DNA of 64,000 nt from assembly GCF_009914755.1 (NCBI RefSeq), contig NC_060932.1; one strand, given 5' to 3'. The translations under genes were made by a program, and so were the position numbers. The stretch is from the human T2T-CHM13v2.0 reference genome, Homo sapiens. The notes below the pieces were generated by a model. That model was not told where the DNA came from and did not search any database. It was given only the letters and a program-made list of their open reading frames with translations. Positions 42,112 to 55,777 of this stretch are shown one piece after another (the first letter of the stretch is position 1; the number at the start of each line of letters is the position of its first letter).

Positions 42112-45100
42112 GTATTTCTAAAATTTATATTGATGCATAATGATTGTACATATTCCTGGGGTACATGTGATATTTTAATACACGCACGCAATGTGTAGTG
42201 ATCAAATCAGGGTAATTGGAATATCCATTGCGGCAAACATTTATGATTTCTTTGTGTTAGGAACATTTCAAATTTTTCTTCTAGCTATTTAGAAATGTAA
42301 AATATATTATTCATAACTATAGTCACCCTACTGTGCTATTGACCACTAGAACTTGTTTTCTATCTAACTACATTTTTGTACCTATTAACCCCTCTCTCTT
42401 CAACCCCACTACCATTCCCAGCATCTGTTAATAATCTTTCTACTCTACCTCCATGAGATCTGCTTTTTTAGCTCACCTGTTTGAGTGAGAATATGTGATA
42501 TTCGACTTTCTGTGCCTGGCTTATTTCACTTAACACAATTCCTTTAGTGCCATCCTATGTTGCAGAAAATGACAGGATTTCATTCTTTTTTGTGGCTAAA
42601 TCATATTTCATGGTGCACATATACCACATTTAATTAATTAATTAATTTTATTGGAGACAGGGTCTCACTTTGTAGCCAGGCTGGAGAGCAGTGGTAAAAT
42701 CATAGCTCACTGCTATGAGCTATTCATATTTTTAGAGATGGCATCTTGCTCTATTGCCCAGACTGATCTCGAACTTCTTGCTTCAACCCATCTTCTTGTC
42801 TTGGCCTTCCAAAGTGCCAGGATTGCAGGCGTGAGTCACCTTTTCAGCCACATATGTTCATCTATTAATGGGCATGTAAGTTGATTCCATATCTTGGCTA
42901 TTGTGAATAGTACTGCCATATATATAGCAGTGCAGATACCTCTTTGATATATGGATTTCCTTTATTTGGGATAGACACCCAGCAGTAGAATTGCTGGATC
43001 ATATAGTATGTCTATTTTTAGTGATTTGAGGAATCTCTATACTGTCCTCCATAGGGGCTGTACTAATTTACATTCCCACCAGCAGTGTACGAGCTTTTTT
43101 CTTTCTCTGCATGTTCACCAGCATTTTTTTCTCTTTCTTTTTGATAATAGGCATTTTAACTGGGGTGCTATGATATCTCATTGTGGTTTTGATTTGCATT
43201 TCCTGATAATTAGAGACATTGAGCATTTTTTCTTATACCTGCTGTCCATGTGTATGTCTTCTCTTGAGAAGTGTCTATTCAGATCTTTTGCACATTTATT
43301 AAACTGAATATTTGGTTTACTTTCTGTTAAGTTCTTTTCATTCCTAATGTATTCTAGGTATTAATCCCTTGCCAAATAAATAATTTGCAAGTATTTTCTC
43401 CCATTCTGTGTGTTGTCTGTTAAGTCTGTTGACTTTTTTTTCTCTGCTATTCAGAAGCTTTTTTGCTGTTTTAATCCCAGTCATCTATTTTTGCTTTGGT
43501 TGCCTGTCCTTTTGAGATCTTACCCCCAAAAATCTTTGCCCAGACCAACGGCCTGGAGTCTTCCTCCATGCTTCTTCTTGTAGTTTCATATTTTTGGGTC
43601 TTAGATCTAAGTCTTTAATCTATTTTGATTTGGTTTGTGCGTGTGTTGAGAGAGGTCTAGTTTCATTCTTCTGCACATGTATATCCAGTTTTTCCAGCAT
43701 CCTTTATTGAGAAGACCCTCCTTTCTCCCAAGTACATTCTTTGCGCCCTTCTCAAAAATAAGTTGGCTGTAAATGTGTGGATTTATATGTGGGTTCTCTA
43801 CTCTGTTTCATTGATTTCTGTCTCTGTTTTAACACCAGTACCAGAAATTTTGGTTACGGTAACATTATAATATAATTTGAAGTCAGGTAGTGTGATGCCT
43901 TTAGCTTTGTTCTCTTTGCTCAGGATTGCTTTGGCTATTTTGGGTCTTCCGTGGTTGCATAAAATATTTCAGGTTTGTTTCTTCTATTTCTGTAAAGAAT
44001 ATCATTGATATTTTTATAGGGGTTGTGTTGAATATGTCAATTGCTCTGAAGAGTGCGGACATTTTAACAATATCAATTATTAAAATCCATGAGTATGGGA
44101 TATATTTCTTCTTGGCCTAGCCTGTTCAATTTATTTTATCTGTGTTTTATAATTTTTATTGTATAGATTGCTCACTTCCTAGGTTTAATTTATTACTATG
44201 TTTCATTTATTTATTTTGGTATCTTTTGTAAAAGGCTCGCTTTATTTTTTTCAGGTTGCTTGCTGTTAGCATTCAGAAATGCTACTGATTTTTGTATGTT
44301 GATTTTGTATCCTGCAACTTTAGTAAATTTGTTTATCAGTTCTCACACTTATTTGGTGTTGTCTTTAGGTTTTCCTAAATATAAAATCATGTTGTCTGCA
44401 AAGAATAATAATTTGACTTCTCCTTTCCAATTTAGACACTCTTTATTTTCTCCTCTTGCCTAGTAGCCCCGGCTAGGACGTCCAGTACTATGTTGAATAA
44501 ACATGGTGAATGTAGGCATCCTTGTCTTGTTCCAAATCTTAGTGGAAAGACATTCAATTTTTCTCGTGCAATATTATGCTAAATATGGGTTTGTCACGAG
44601 CAATGATCTTTATCATTTCGAGGGATGCTCCCTGTGTAACCAGTTTGTTGAGAGTGTTTAACAGGAAGGAATGTTGAATTTTATCAAATTCTGTTCCAGT
44701 ATATATTGAAATAATTTTTACGTCTATGTTTATTAACAATAATGGCCTATAGTTTACTTTTTTGTGTGTCCTTGTCTGGCTTTGTTATCAGAGTAATGCT
44801 GGTATCATAGAATGAGTTTGGATACATTCCCTTCTCCTCAGTTTTTTTTGGGAATAGTTTGAATGGAATTAGTATTAGTTCTTCTTGTCAATGTTTGGTA
44901 GATTTCAGCAGGGAAGCCAATAATTCCAGGGCTTTTCCTTAATGGAAGACCTTTTAGCTATTGCTTCAATCTTATTATTTGTTGTTGGTCTCTTGGGCTT
45001 TTCTATTTCTTTATTCTGGTAGGTTGTACGTATTCAGGAATTTACCCATTATGTTGGCATATATTTTATAATAGTCCCTAATGATCTTTCGTATTTAAGC

Positions 45101-48100
45101 GGTATCAGTGGTAATGTCTCCTTACTTATTGCTAATTTTATTTATGTGGCTCCTCTCTTGTTCTTTGTCTAGCTAAAGTTTTATCACTTTTGGTTATCTT
45201 TTCAGAGAACCAACTCTTTATTTTATTGATTTTTTGAATTTTTATCTCAATTTTGTCTATTATTATTTCTTTCCTTCTATTTTGTGTTTGATTTGTTCTT
45301 GCTTTTTTAGTTCCTTGAGATGCATCATTGGGTTGTTTATTTAAAGACTTTTTTTATTTTTGGTGTTTCCATTTGTTAATGTAAACTTTCTTCTTTGTAC
45401 TGCTTTTGCTATATCCCATATGTATTGGTGGGTTATGTTTCATTTTCATTTGTTTCACTAATATTTTAAAAATTTCTTCTTGATTTCTTCATTGACTCAT
45501 TGGTCATTAAGAAGAATGCTATTTAATTTTCATGTATTTGTACAGTTTCAAAAGATCCTCTTGTTGTTGATTGCTAGTTTTATTTCACTTTGGTCAGAAA
45601 AGATATTTGAAATGATTTCAACATTTTTTAATTTGTTGAGATGTGTTTTATGGACTAATATATGATGTATCCTGAAGAATATTCCATGTGCTGATGAGAA
45701 GAAGATCTATTCTGAAACAGTTGTATGGAATTTTCTAAAAATGTCTGTTACGTACATTTGGTCTAGGGTGCGGTTTATCTCCAATGTTACTTGGTTGATT
45801 TTCCAGATGTTCTGGGCGTTCCTTAAAGTGGGGTGTTGAAGTTCACTACCATTATTGTATTGAAGTCTATTTTTCCCTATAAATCTATTAATATTTGCTT
45901 TATATATTTGTGTGTTCTAATGTTGGGTGCATATATATTTATTATTGTTATAGCCTCTTGCTGAATTGACTTCTTTATAATTAAGGTATTGACATTCAAT
46001 GTCTCTTCTCAGAGTTTTTTTTCTTGATGTCTATTTTACTTAATATAAGTATAGCTACTCCTGTTCATTTTTGGTTTCCATTTGCATAGAATATCTTTTT
46101 CTATGCTTTTATTTTCAGGATATGCATGTCTTCATAGGTGAAGTGACTTTCTAATAGGCAGTTTACGGTTGGGTCTTGTTTCCTTTATCCATTCAGCCAC
46201 TCTGTCATTTAACTGAAGAATTTAATCCAGTCAACAATAACATGCAATGTTATTCTTAATAGGTAATGTCTTACACTGCCATTTTGTTACTTGTTTTCTA
46301 GTTGTGTAACTCCTCTCTTTCTACTTTCTTCTGTCTTCTTTTGTCATTAGGTGATTTTTTTCTGTTAATAATTTTTAATTTGTTGCTTTTCATTTTTAGT
46401 GTATCTATTATAGGTTTTTGATTTGTGGTTGCTATGAGGCTAACAAAAAAAATCTTATACCTATAATAAGTTAGTTTAAATGGATGACAACCTAACTTTC
46501 ATCATAAAATAAGAAATTTTAAAAAAGAAATTAAAAACTTCATCCCCTACAACCTTTTGACTTATTGTTGTATTGTTTTATAACTTTTTATATAGCCTAT
46601 CACTTAACAGATTGTTGTAGCTATTATTGATAGATTTGTATTGTGTTATTCATGTAAAGATATGAGTGATTTATGCACTACTATTACAGTGTTAGAATAT
46701 ATTTAATTTGTCTGTGTATTTACTTTTACCAGTGAGTTTTATACCCTCAAATATTTTCATGTATGTAAACCCTTTTTTCTTTCACATTGAAAAACTTCCT
46801 TTAACATATCTTATAAGACAGGTCAAGTGATGATGAATTCTCTTAGTTTTTGTTTGTCGTGGAGACTCCTTATCTCTCCTTCATGTTTGAAGAATCGCTT
46901 GGTACAGTATTCTCAGTTGGTGGGTCTTTTTCTTCAGAACTTTGAATATGTTGTCCCACTACTTCCTAAACTGTAAAGTTTCTACTGAGCAGTCTGCTGC
47001 CGGATGTATCAGAACTCTTTTATGTTATTTGCTTCCTTTCTCTTGCTGCTTTTAGGATCCCCTCTTTTCCTTAAAAGTTTGATTGTTATGTGTCTTGGGG
47101 TAGTCTTATTTGTGTTAATATGCTGGTTGATCTTTGACTTTCCTATATCTGGATAATCATATCTTTCTCTAGGTTGCAAAAGTGTTTTTGTTATTACTTC
47201 TTTGAACAAACTGTTTACCCCTTTATCTCTCTTTACTTTCTCTTTAAGTATAATGATTCTACTTTTGCTCTTTTGAAGCTACCTTCTAGACGTTGTAAGT
47301 GTCATTTGTGTGTTTTCATTCTTTCTTTCTTTTTAACCTCTGACTGTGTACTTTCAAATAGTCTGTGTTTAAGGTCACTAATTCTTTCTTCTGCTTCATC
47401 AATTCTGCTGTTCAGATCCTCCAGTAGATTTTTTCAGTTGCCCAGTTGTATTTTTTAGTTTCAGAATTTTTCTTTGATCCTTTATTTCAATCTCTTTACC
47501 AAATTTATCTGATAAGTTTCTGAATTGTTTCTCTCTGTTTCATTACAATTTGTTGATCTTTCTCAAAACAGCTTTCTAAATTCACATTTTTGAGAGGTCA
47601 CACATCTTTTTCTCTCCAGGGTCAATCACTAGTGCCTTATTTAGGTCATTTGGTGAGGTCATATTTCCCTGAATATTTTTGGTGTCTGGACATTGAGTAA
47701 TTAGATATTTCTTTTAGTCTAACCTTTTTGTACCTGTCCTTCTTCAGAAGTCCTTTCAGTTATTCAAAGAAGACTGTTGAGTTCCCCAAACCTGTGGTCG
47801 CTGCAGTCATTTCCACACTAGAGAGTGCCCCAAGCCCAGGTTTGCTACAAGTCTATCAGACTCCTATATTTCTAAACATGATAGACTTGCAAAGATTAGT
47901 GACAGCTCCCTGGCTTTCTAGGAAAAGTCCCTTGATCACCTCCTTCTTTCCCCTAGCGAAAATATTCTCTCTCAGCTCTGCATTGTCTGGATTTGGAGAA
48001 GGGGTGACACAGGCACACCTATAGTCTTTTTTGGCTGGTACCACACTGGGTCACATTCAATGCCCATGGCCTCCTTGACCAGTGCAGATCTGGAACTCAC

Positions 48101-49030
48101 TCAAGGACTGAGGTCACTATTGCCTGAATGCTACTGATATTTATTCAAGACCCAAGGCCACTTTAGTCAGCCAGTTATAAGTTGGGCCACACCTCAGGTT
48201 GGTCCCACCATGGTGGATAATCCACTTTTGGCCTACAGTGGGTCTAGGAGTGTTATCTGGGCCTTCAGGTTGCTGCTTTTTGCTGCATTTTACTGTGGCA
48301 GGGCTGATACTAGATTTCTAGGCAACGTGCCCTTCACTCTTCCCTCTCGTTTTCCAAAGTAGGAGTCTCTCTTTGCATGCACTGCCTGGAGTTAGGAGAC
48401 AAGTGATGTCAGCACTGTCATGGCCACTACAGTTGATGTCATGCTGGGTGAATTTCCATGTTATGGCCTCCAAGACCAGTGCAGTACTGGGGGTCACACA
48501 AGCATCATGTTTGCTATGGCCTGCCTGCCACTGAACTTTATATGGGGCCTGAAGCTACTTTATTCAGCAAGTTATGAAGCAGATTGAAAGTGGGTTCCTC
48601 CTGCCTGGGCAGTGGATTCTCTTCTGGTCTGGGGCAGGTCTAAATTCTTTCTCCATGGAAACCAGTCTGGAATCAAGGGCTGCATGACTTTCCCCTGGGC
48701 TGTGTTCCACTGTGGGGGAGGACTGCACTAAATTCTATTGCAACATCCCACACTAACTTCCCTTTCTCTCCCCCACAAAGTCATTGTTCTCTCCATGTTG
48801 TGCTGCCTGAGGTTGGGGAAGGGGTGATTTAGACAATGCAAGGCTATCCTTACCCTTTTCAATGAGACTTTTCTTGTTATAGTGGTAAAATTAGGTAGTG
48901 TAACATCTCACTTCATTCTATGGCTCCTTTGAAAATGCATTTTTGTTCAATATGATTTCTGTTCAATATGATGTTCCCAGATGGGTGCATGGTCACTGGA
49001 GGGTTGTATTCAGCCATCTTACTCCACCTC
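42112..49030 (-). mobile_element. L1MA (MA4/MA5-like) with both termini, decayed, ~6.9 kb
   Basis: 3' tip ATTGTACATATT..GGGGTACATGTGATATTT..GATCAAATCAGGGTAATTGG; ORF2 remnants (LINIDVKI..EFDKIQHSF); ORF1 remnants (NKTTPRHITIKL); 5' end on the minus strand GAGGTGGAGTAAGATGGCTGAATA. Confidence 0.88.
42630..42849 (-). mobile_element. AluJ with internal deletion, nested in L1MA
   Basis: (TAAT)n tail, GAGACAGGGTCTCACT..ATCATAGCTCACTGC, then a jump to the left arm ..CAAAGTGCCAGGATTGCAGGCGTGAG. Confidence 0.85.
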
Positions 49031-49594
49031 ACAATACATTATTCATCAATTCTCCTTGATTATCAATTCCTTCATCTTCAAAACAGTGTACATATGAAAA
49101 CATTTTCATACCTTTGCCAAAAATTTAAGGTGCCATTTTTTATAAAATGAAAAACAAAAATAAATAAAAAGAATGGAATGTTGCTCAAACCATTATGTGA
49201 AGCTAATAAAACTAATTTTAAAAATATTTTAAATGCACAGAAATAAAATTAGAGGTCGCATTCAATTATTCATTTAAATGTAAAAATTTAATACAAAATG
49301 TTTATTACCTATTTCAATGGTATGTCCCAAAATTAGACATAATGTTCCAACAGAAATTAACCCAAAAGGCAAGAAGTCTCAAAAGCAAATATAAAAATAC
49401 AGTGTGGAATTTAATAATACAAATGAAAACATTAACCATCTAAAAATGAAACATTACTTTGTAAACCCAATATATAAATAAATAAAATTCTCTAAGTTCA
49501 ATAGTTTATTATCATTAATGTAACAAAGCTGGTTGAATGAAATTTTGATAATTTCCATTAGTGCACTTTTAACTTTATAAGAACATATAGACTA

Positions 49595-51370
49595 GACTTC
49601 AGTAAGATGGAAGGGTAGGATTTTTCATCCTTCATCTGCCCTACAAAACAACTACTTGCAGCTATTCAGAAGTGGTAATACCCCTTGGAGATCTCTAGAT
49701 CCACTCCAGCATCTGGAGTGTAGAACAACAGCAACAGAAAAAAAAAAAAAAAAAAAAAAAAACCACACAGCATAAGGGTAGGAAGAACAGTTTCACTTTC
49801 TCTGCACCACTGCATCCCCCAGCCTGGCAAAGCTCACCTCTAAGAGGAATCCCCTTAGCCTATGAGTCCTCCTGACAGGATGTACAGGAGAGTGGGGTGA
49901 TGAACTAGCTTCCCCAGACTTTGGAAACATTATCCAGATAACTTTCTTCAGATTCAACCCACTCAGACTACTGGGAGCCCACCGTATCTCAGGTCTCTGG
50001 AGATGGTTAGGATCAAAGAGGAATGGTGGAGGCTATCAGTATTAGCAATATGGATGTGGCCATAATGGTCTCCAGGGTCCTACACTGCAGAAAACCTCAG
50101 CAAAATTTGCTGCTAAGGACCCCAGTGGCTATCGCAGCTACTAAGGCCCCTGCACATTACACTGCCAAAGCCCCATAGTTTTTGCATTCATGGTCCTCAG
50201 GTGCCTGAGTTTCTGACCACTCCCTCAACGAGGTGTGTCCACACTGGTGTGTATGTCTAGTCTGCACTGGTGTGTATGACTGATCCCAGAATCAAGCATG
50301 GTCACTGGTACATACCAGAAAATAGCCCCCACCTTCTTTGCCAGTGCCAGCACTCACTGTCACACACAGTGGCTTTGGGCCTCCACTACTGTAAATACAC
50401 TTGCATCTAGCCACCACTCTACCTACCTATGAAAGCATGAACCATTGAACCATTTCGCATTGGCAACAACCGCTTTTAAAAATATTATTTAGACCCTGCC
50501 ATATTTTTCTTCTGCTTCTGAAATACCCTTAAACTGTATATTGCTTGTTGGATGGTGTCCCATAAGTGCTTTTGACCCAGAAGTGCTACTGAGAACCCTA
50601 ACAGCCCTCCCAGCTAGTACATATCCCCCCATACTTTTGCTGCCATGTTCTAAATTTCCAATCCATCATTTCCTTAAAGCCACCACATGTCACTGCACTT
50701 GGCACACTGCATATCACTATACCAGTTACCACAGCATATTTTCTCAACACTGTAATTGGTGCTACCGTGACCACGTCCGTCTTCAAGGGTGAGGATCTTT
50801 TCTTATTGAAGTCAGTCCATGAAATTAGGAAGAGGTAGCTTACTGCTTCTTCAAATGCACAGACACATATATACAAAAAAAAGGGCCACAAAAACTTAGG
50901 AAAACAGGACATCCCCAAAGGAACATAATACACTCCCAGTAACTGACCAAAAGAATTGAATTCTACAAATTGCCTGAAAGGAATTTAAAATAATGATTCT
51001 AAGGAATCTTGGTATGCTGCTAGAGAACACAGATAAATAATTCAAGGACAAAATAGGAAACTTGCAACAGAGAAAGAAAACATACAGAAGAGTCAAATTC
51101 TGCAGCTGAAGCTTATAATATTGAACTAAAAAGAAGAAAAAATCTTCAATATAACTTCAACAGCAGACTCAGTTAAAGAGAAGAAAGAATCAGTGAAATC
51201 AAAGACAGGTAATTTGAAAGTATATAGTTGGAGGATAAAAAAAGAATGCAAAAGAATAAAGGAAGCCTACAGGATTTATGGGACACCATCCAACAAGTAA
51301 TATACAGTTGAAGGGTATTTCTGATAGAAAAGAAAAATATGGCAGGGTCTAAATAATATTTGTAAAAGCT
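49595..51370 (+). mobile_element. Old L1M 5'UTR plus ORF1 start
   Basis: Begins GACTTCAGTAAGATGG; GC-richer UTR; ORF1-like text (AAATTGCCTGAAAGGAATTTAAAATAATG, GAAAGAATCAGTGAAATCAAAGACAGG, GGATTTATGGGACACCATC). Confidence 0.75.
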
Positions 51371-51447
51371 GCTGTTGCCAATGTGCAATGGTTCAATTAG
51401 GCCAAATGCCTGCTGAAACTGGGAGGGAAGGATAGATGAGTCAAGAA

Positions 51448-51450
<3 letters not shown>

Positions 51451-51497
<47 letters not shown>

Positions 51498-52581
51498 TAT
51501 ATACATATATACACCCATATACATATATACATATATAGACGCATATACATATATGTATGCACACATATATATAAATATGTATGCACATATATAAAAATAT
51601 TTATACACATGTATACATATATACATATATACATACATATATACACATGTATACATACGTATATGTACACGTATATACATATGCACATATGAATGTATAT
51701 ATACATATATGTGTTTATATACACATATACACATATATACATATGTACACACATGCATATATACATATAGGTATCCTCACATACATATATACATATCAGT
51801 ATACGCACATACATATATACATACATGCATACATGTATGTGCACATACATACATATACACATATATACATACATATATACATACATCTATGTATATGTAC
51901 ATGCGCACATATATGTACACGGACATGTGCACATACATGTATGCATGTACATGCGCATATACATGCAAGTGCATGAGCATATATGTATACATGTACATGT
52001 ACACACATGTATATATACATGTATATGTACACGCATGTATATATACATGTACACATGCCTGTAGGTGAACATGTTCACATGTATGTATATGCATGCACAC
52101 CTACATGTATGTGTGCATGTTTACATACGTGTATATATACATATATGTGCGTATACATGTATACATATATGCACATATACATGCATACATGTATACATAT
52201 ATGTTTATATACATGCATACAGGTATGCACATATGTGTGTATGCATATATGTATATATACATGTATGTGTGTATGTATATATGTATATATACATGTATGT
52301 GTGTATGCATATATGTATATATACATGTATGTGTGTATGCATATATGTATATATGCATGTATGTGTGTATGCATATATGTATATATACATGTATGTGTGT
52401 ATGCATATATGTATATACGTGTGTGTACATATATGTATATAAGTGTGTATACACATATGTATATAAGTGTGTATACATATATGTATATATACGTGTGTAT
52501 ACATATATGTATATATACACACATATATATATTATATATATTATATAATATATATATTATATATATATAATATATATATAT

Positions 52582-52629
<48 letters not shown>
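51451..52629. repeat. 1.2-kb compound (TA)/(CA)/(TG) micro/minisatellite
   Basis: Alternating purine-pyrimidine tract bounded by pure (TA)n; includes a 32-bp unit ACATGTATGTGTGTATGCATATATGTATATAT about five times (52259-52418). Confidence 0.97.
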
Positions 52630-52632
<3 letters not shown>

Positions 52633-52849
52633 TCCAGGGACCCAGGGTAAATAAAATATATCTTGAGTAGCTGCTGCATACACTGGTGATGTTTTGGGTC
52701 CTCATAAGACTCAGTTCCATAACCTTTTCCTGCTTTCTGTGAGTTCTCTTGTGATTTTTAATACAGTTAATTATTTTTCTTAAGTTAATTTGAATAAAAT
52801 GTGGTTACTTGTTTAACAAAGTTATGTTAGCCAAACAACTTGGTAGAAC

Positions 52850-54260
52850 TGATAGTGGCAGCTGCCCATCTGGAGCAGCCACTGTGGGGACAACAGGTGC
52901 AGTGTGGGAGGAGCGACCTGGGCTGTACACTCCACAGAGTCAGCCAGGGTGGGAACAGACAGGATCCCCACCCCCTACTGACTCTCAGGAGACCAGGAAT
53001 CCCCCTTATCCTGCAGGCTTGAAAGTGCCTGCTCCCATTCCCTGGCCTCTTCCCACTGCTGGTGCCTGCTCTGGGGTGGAGCAAAGATATGGCCAAGCCC
53101 AGAGACTGTCACAACCCAACTGGGTATGTGCACACTTCAGGGTGGTGCTAACACACCAGATCCCTGCTGCCTGGGCCCATCTGGACTTTGGGCACTGATG
53201 AGCACCTGGGGGTGATGGGTGGGAGGGGCTGAGTACTGCTTAGTGTGGAACTGTGGAAACCTCTTGGCATGGACAGCCTGGGTGCTGTGGAGGGTGTGTT
53301 AAATGCAGATTCCTGGGTGGGAAGTTGTGGATCCCTGGTGAAACCCCCACCTTCAGGCTAAGCATGGCCGGAAGCCTGGGGGCTTGGCTGCCAGTTCCAG
53401 GCAAAGTCTGCACTGGAGTGAGAACTTCAATGATGATCATTCAACCAGTTGGATGGTGCTTTTTCTAGGCCCGCCCGTGGTTGCCCATAGACCAATCAGC
53501 ACACAGTTCCTCCATTCCGAGCACATAAAATTGCCAGACTCAGCCAGACTCACTCACTGGTTGGGATGACCTACTTGCGGAAAGGAACTACTCACTTAGG
53601 GTCTCCTGAGAGCTGTTTGGTCAAAGAAGCTCCTTTGCCGTGCTCACCCTCCAATTGGCTGCATACTGCATTCTTCCTGGACTCAGGACAAGAACTCAGG
53701 ACCTGCCAAATGGCGGGACTGAAAAAGCTGTAACAAACAGGGCTGAAACATGCCACCTACTCAACACATTGCAGATGACGAAGAGCTGCAGCCCTTCTGG
53801 GAGCAAAAACATCAGGACTCCCCAGGCCAGGCTGTGACACACACTGTAATACACTCATTGGGGATCTGCAGTTCCTGGCATCTCTGAGCTTTCAGGCACC
53901 ATTGTGTTACCCTTGTCTAGATGCTGGAGGAGGCTGCTTGCAATACATCTGGTCCAGCCACAGCCTTGCATGGAGTTGGTGCCTTGCGGGCACCTGGAAC
54001 TGCTTGCCCCGCTACAGTCAGCATGGTTGGAGTTGTGCAGTGTCCATATCCCATTCTCAGTCACTCACACATCTCTTACCACTCTGCAGCTAGCTCACCC
54101 TTGGCAAGTATGGAATCCAAGCCAGTGGTGCAAGCTGAGCGCAGCCTGCCAGGTCAAGTTGGTGGAAGAAGCTCAGCCGTGGAAGCAAAACCCAAGCAGA
54201 GGCAAGGCTGGCCACAGAGGTTTCTAGCTAGTGAAGCAACACCCTACGGATCCCATGACA
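52850..54260 (+). mobile_element. MER52-like ERV1 solo LTR
   Basis: TG..CA termini (TGATAGTGGCAGC..GGATCCCATGACA); perfect 4-bp TSD GAAC (52846-52849, 54261-54264); GC-rich; CCAATCAG box at ~53492. Confidence 0.85.
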
Positions 54261-54349
54261 GAACCAAAAGTCAAATTTATGGAATAATTTAGGTAAAGTC
54301 ATCTGACTTTTAAAGTTAACCTAGGATATGATTGTCTCTTAATCTTTTT

Positions 54350-54778
54350 CTATTAGTGTTCTCCAGTGAAACTGAACCAAGAGGGTGTATATTATGTATG
54401 TATGTGTGTAGTTAGCTCACATAGTTATGAAATTTGAGAAGTCCCAGGATCTGCAATGGGCCCAGCTGGAGACCCAGGAGAGATGATGGTATAAATTCCA
54501 CTGCTAATCTGAGTCTGAAGACAGAAGAAGGTCAATTTCCAAGATGTAAGACAACCAAGCAGGGAGAGAGAATTCTCTCTTACCATTTTGTTCTATTCAA
54601 ACATTTGATGAATTGGATGAGGTCTCCCCACATTCAGGAGGGCAATCTGCTTTACTCAGTGTATGAATTCAAATGATAATCTCGTCCAGGACATCTTTAC
54701 AAACACATCCAGAATAATGTTTAACTAAATATCTACACACGTCATGGCCCAGTCAAGTAGATATATAAGATTAGTCTT
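54350..54778 (-). mobile_element. MLT2 (ERVL) LTR
   Basis: TATTAGTGTTCTCCAG..AGCTGGAGACCCAGGAGAG..GAGGGCAATCTGCTTTACTCAG..GGCCCAGTCAAGT. Confidence 0.85.
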
Positions 54779-54962
54779 TTTCTATTTATAAGATTATACC
54801 TTCTTATCTCTCTATATGAGCAAAAATGTTAACAGTTTTGTCTCATTATAATAATATGCTGAGAAAACATCAATTGATAAATTTGGTTTTCTAACAGCTA
54901 TGGTTTCCCAGCTTCAGTGGTCCATGTACTACAGCTCTAGTATTTTTACATTTGACTTAGTA

Positions 54963-55215
54963 CCGTAGTCCCCCTTGGAATATAAGATGTGTTCCAAGAC
55001 CCCCAGTAGATGACTGAAACTGAAGATAATACCAAACCCTATATCCACTATGCTTTTTTCTATACAGTAACATGTGGGTGGTGTATACAGCATGGATACA
55101 CTGAACAAAGAGATGATTCATGTTCCAGTCAGGATAAGACAGTGCAAGAGTTCATCATGATACTCAGAATGACATGCAATTTAAAACTTTGAATTATTTA
55201 TTTCTGGAATTTCTA
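54963..55215. mobile_element. MER44/Tigger7-derived DNA transposon fragment
   Basis: TA-CCGTAGTCCCCCTT..GTTCCAAGACCCCCAGT..GCAATTTAAAACT..TTTATTTCTGGAATTT; one terminal repeat is missing. Confidence 0.75.
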
Positions 55216-55459
55216 CCAGTGTTTCTGTTTTGAAAGTTAAATCATTTTATCCCATACTTAAATAGTATTTTGGATAATTATTAATTAATATATTGAATAT
55301 TTTGAACAAGCCTGGGTTAACTTCCTGGAGGATGAGAGTCTATTACTAATAATACTTTAGTGCATTTAAAAGCAAAATTTTAATAGCTTGGTAATATCCT
55401 TAAAATAATTATCAGGAAAGGAACTTGCAAATATATCACAAAGGTGATTATTGTAATGT

Positions 55460-55777
<318 letters not shown>

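Noticed and set aside
42112-49030. Potentially active full-length L1
   Set aside because: ORF1 and ORF2 survive only as short fragments with many stops and deletions; ancient subfamily.
49738-49762. Long poly(A) as the tail of a processed pseudogene
   Set aside because: It lies inside L1 5'UTR-like sequence, with no upstream poly(A) signal, TSD or mRNA-like body.
52259-52418. 32-bp periodic repeat as a CRISPR-like array
   Set aside because: Units are contiguous without unique spacers and are built from dinucleotides; eukaryotic context with no cas genes.
51397-52683. Many overlapping long ORFs (up to 202 aa) rich in Y, I, H, M, C, V
   Set aside because: Artefacts of a dinucleotide repeat that lacks stop codons on both strands. 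The same applies to 25393-25725.
52809-54292. Cluster of 60-129 aa ORFs in GC-rich DNA
   Set aside because: Essentially confined to the MER52-like LTR; no gag/pol/env or other recognisable motif.
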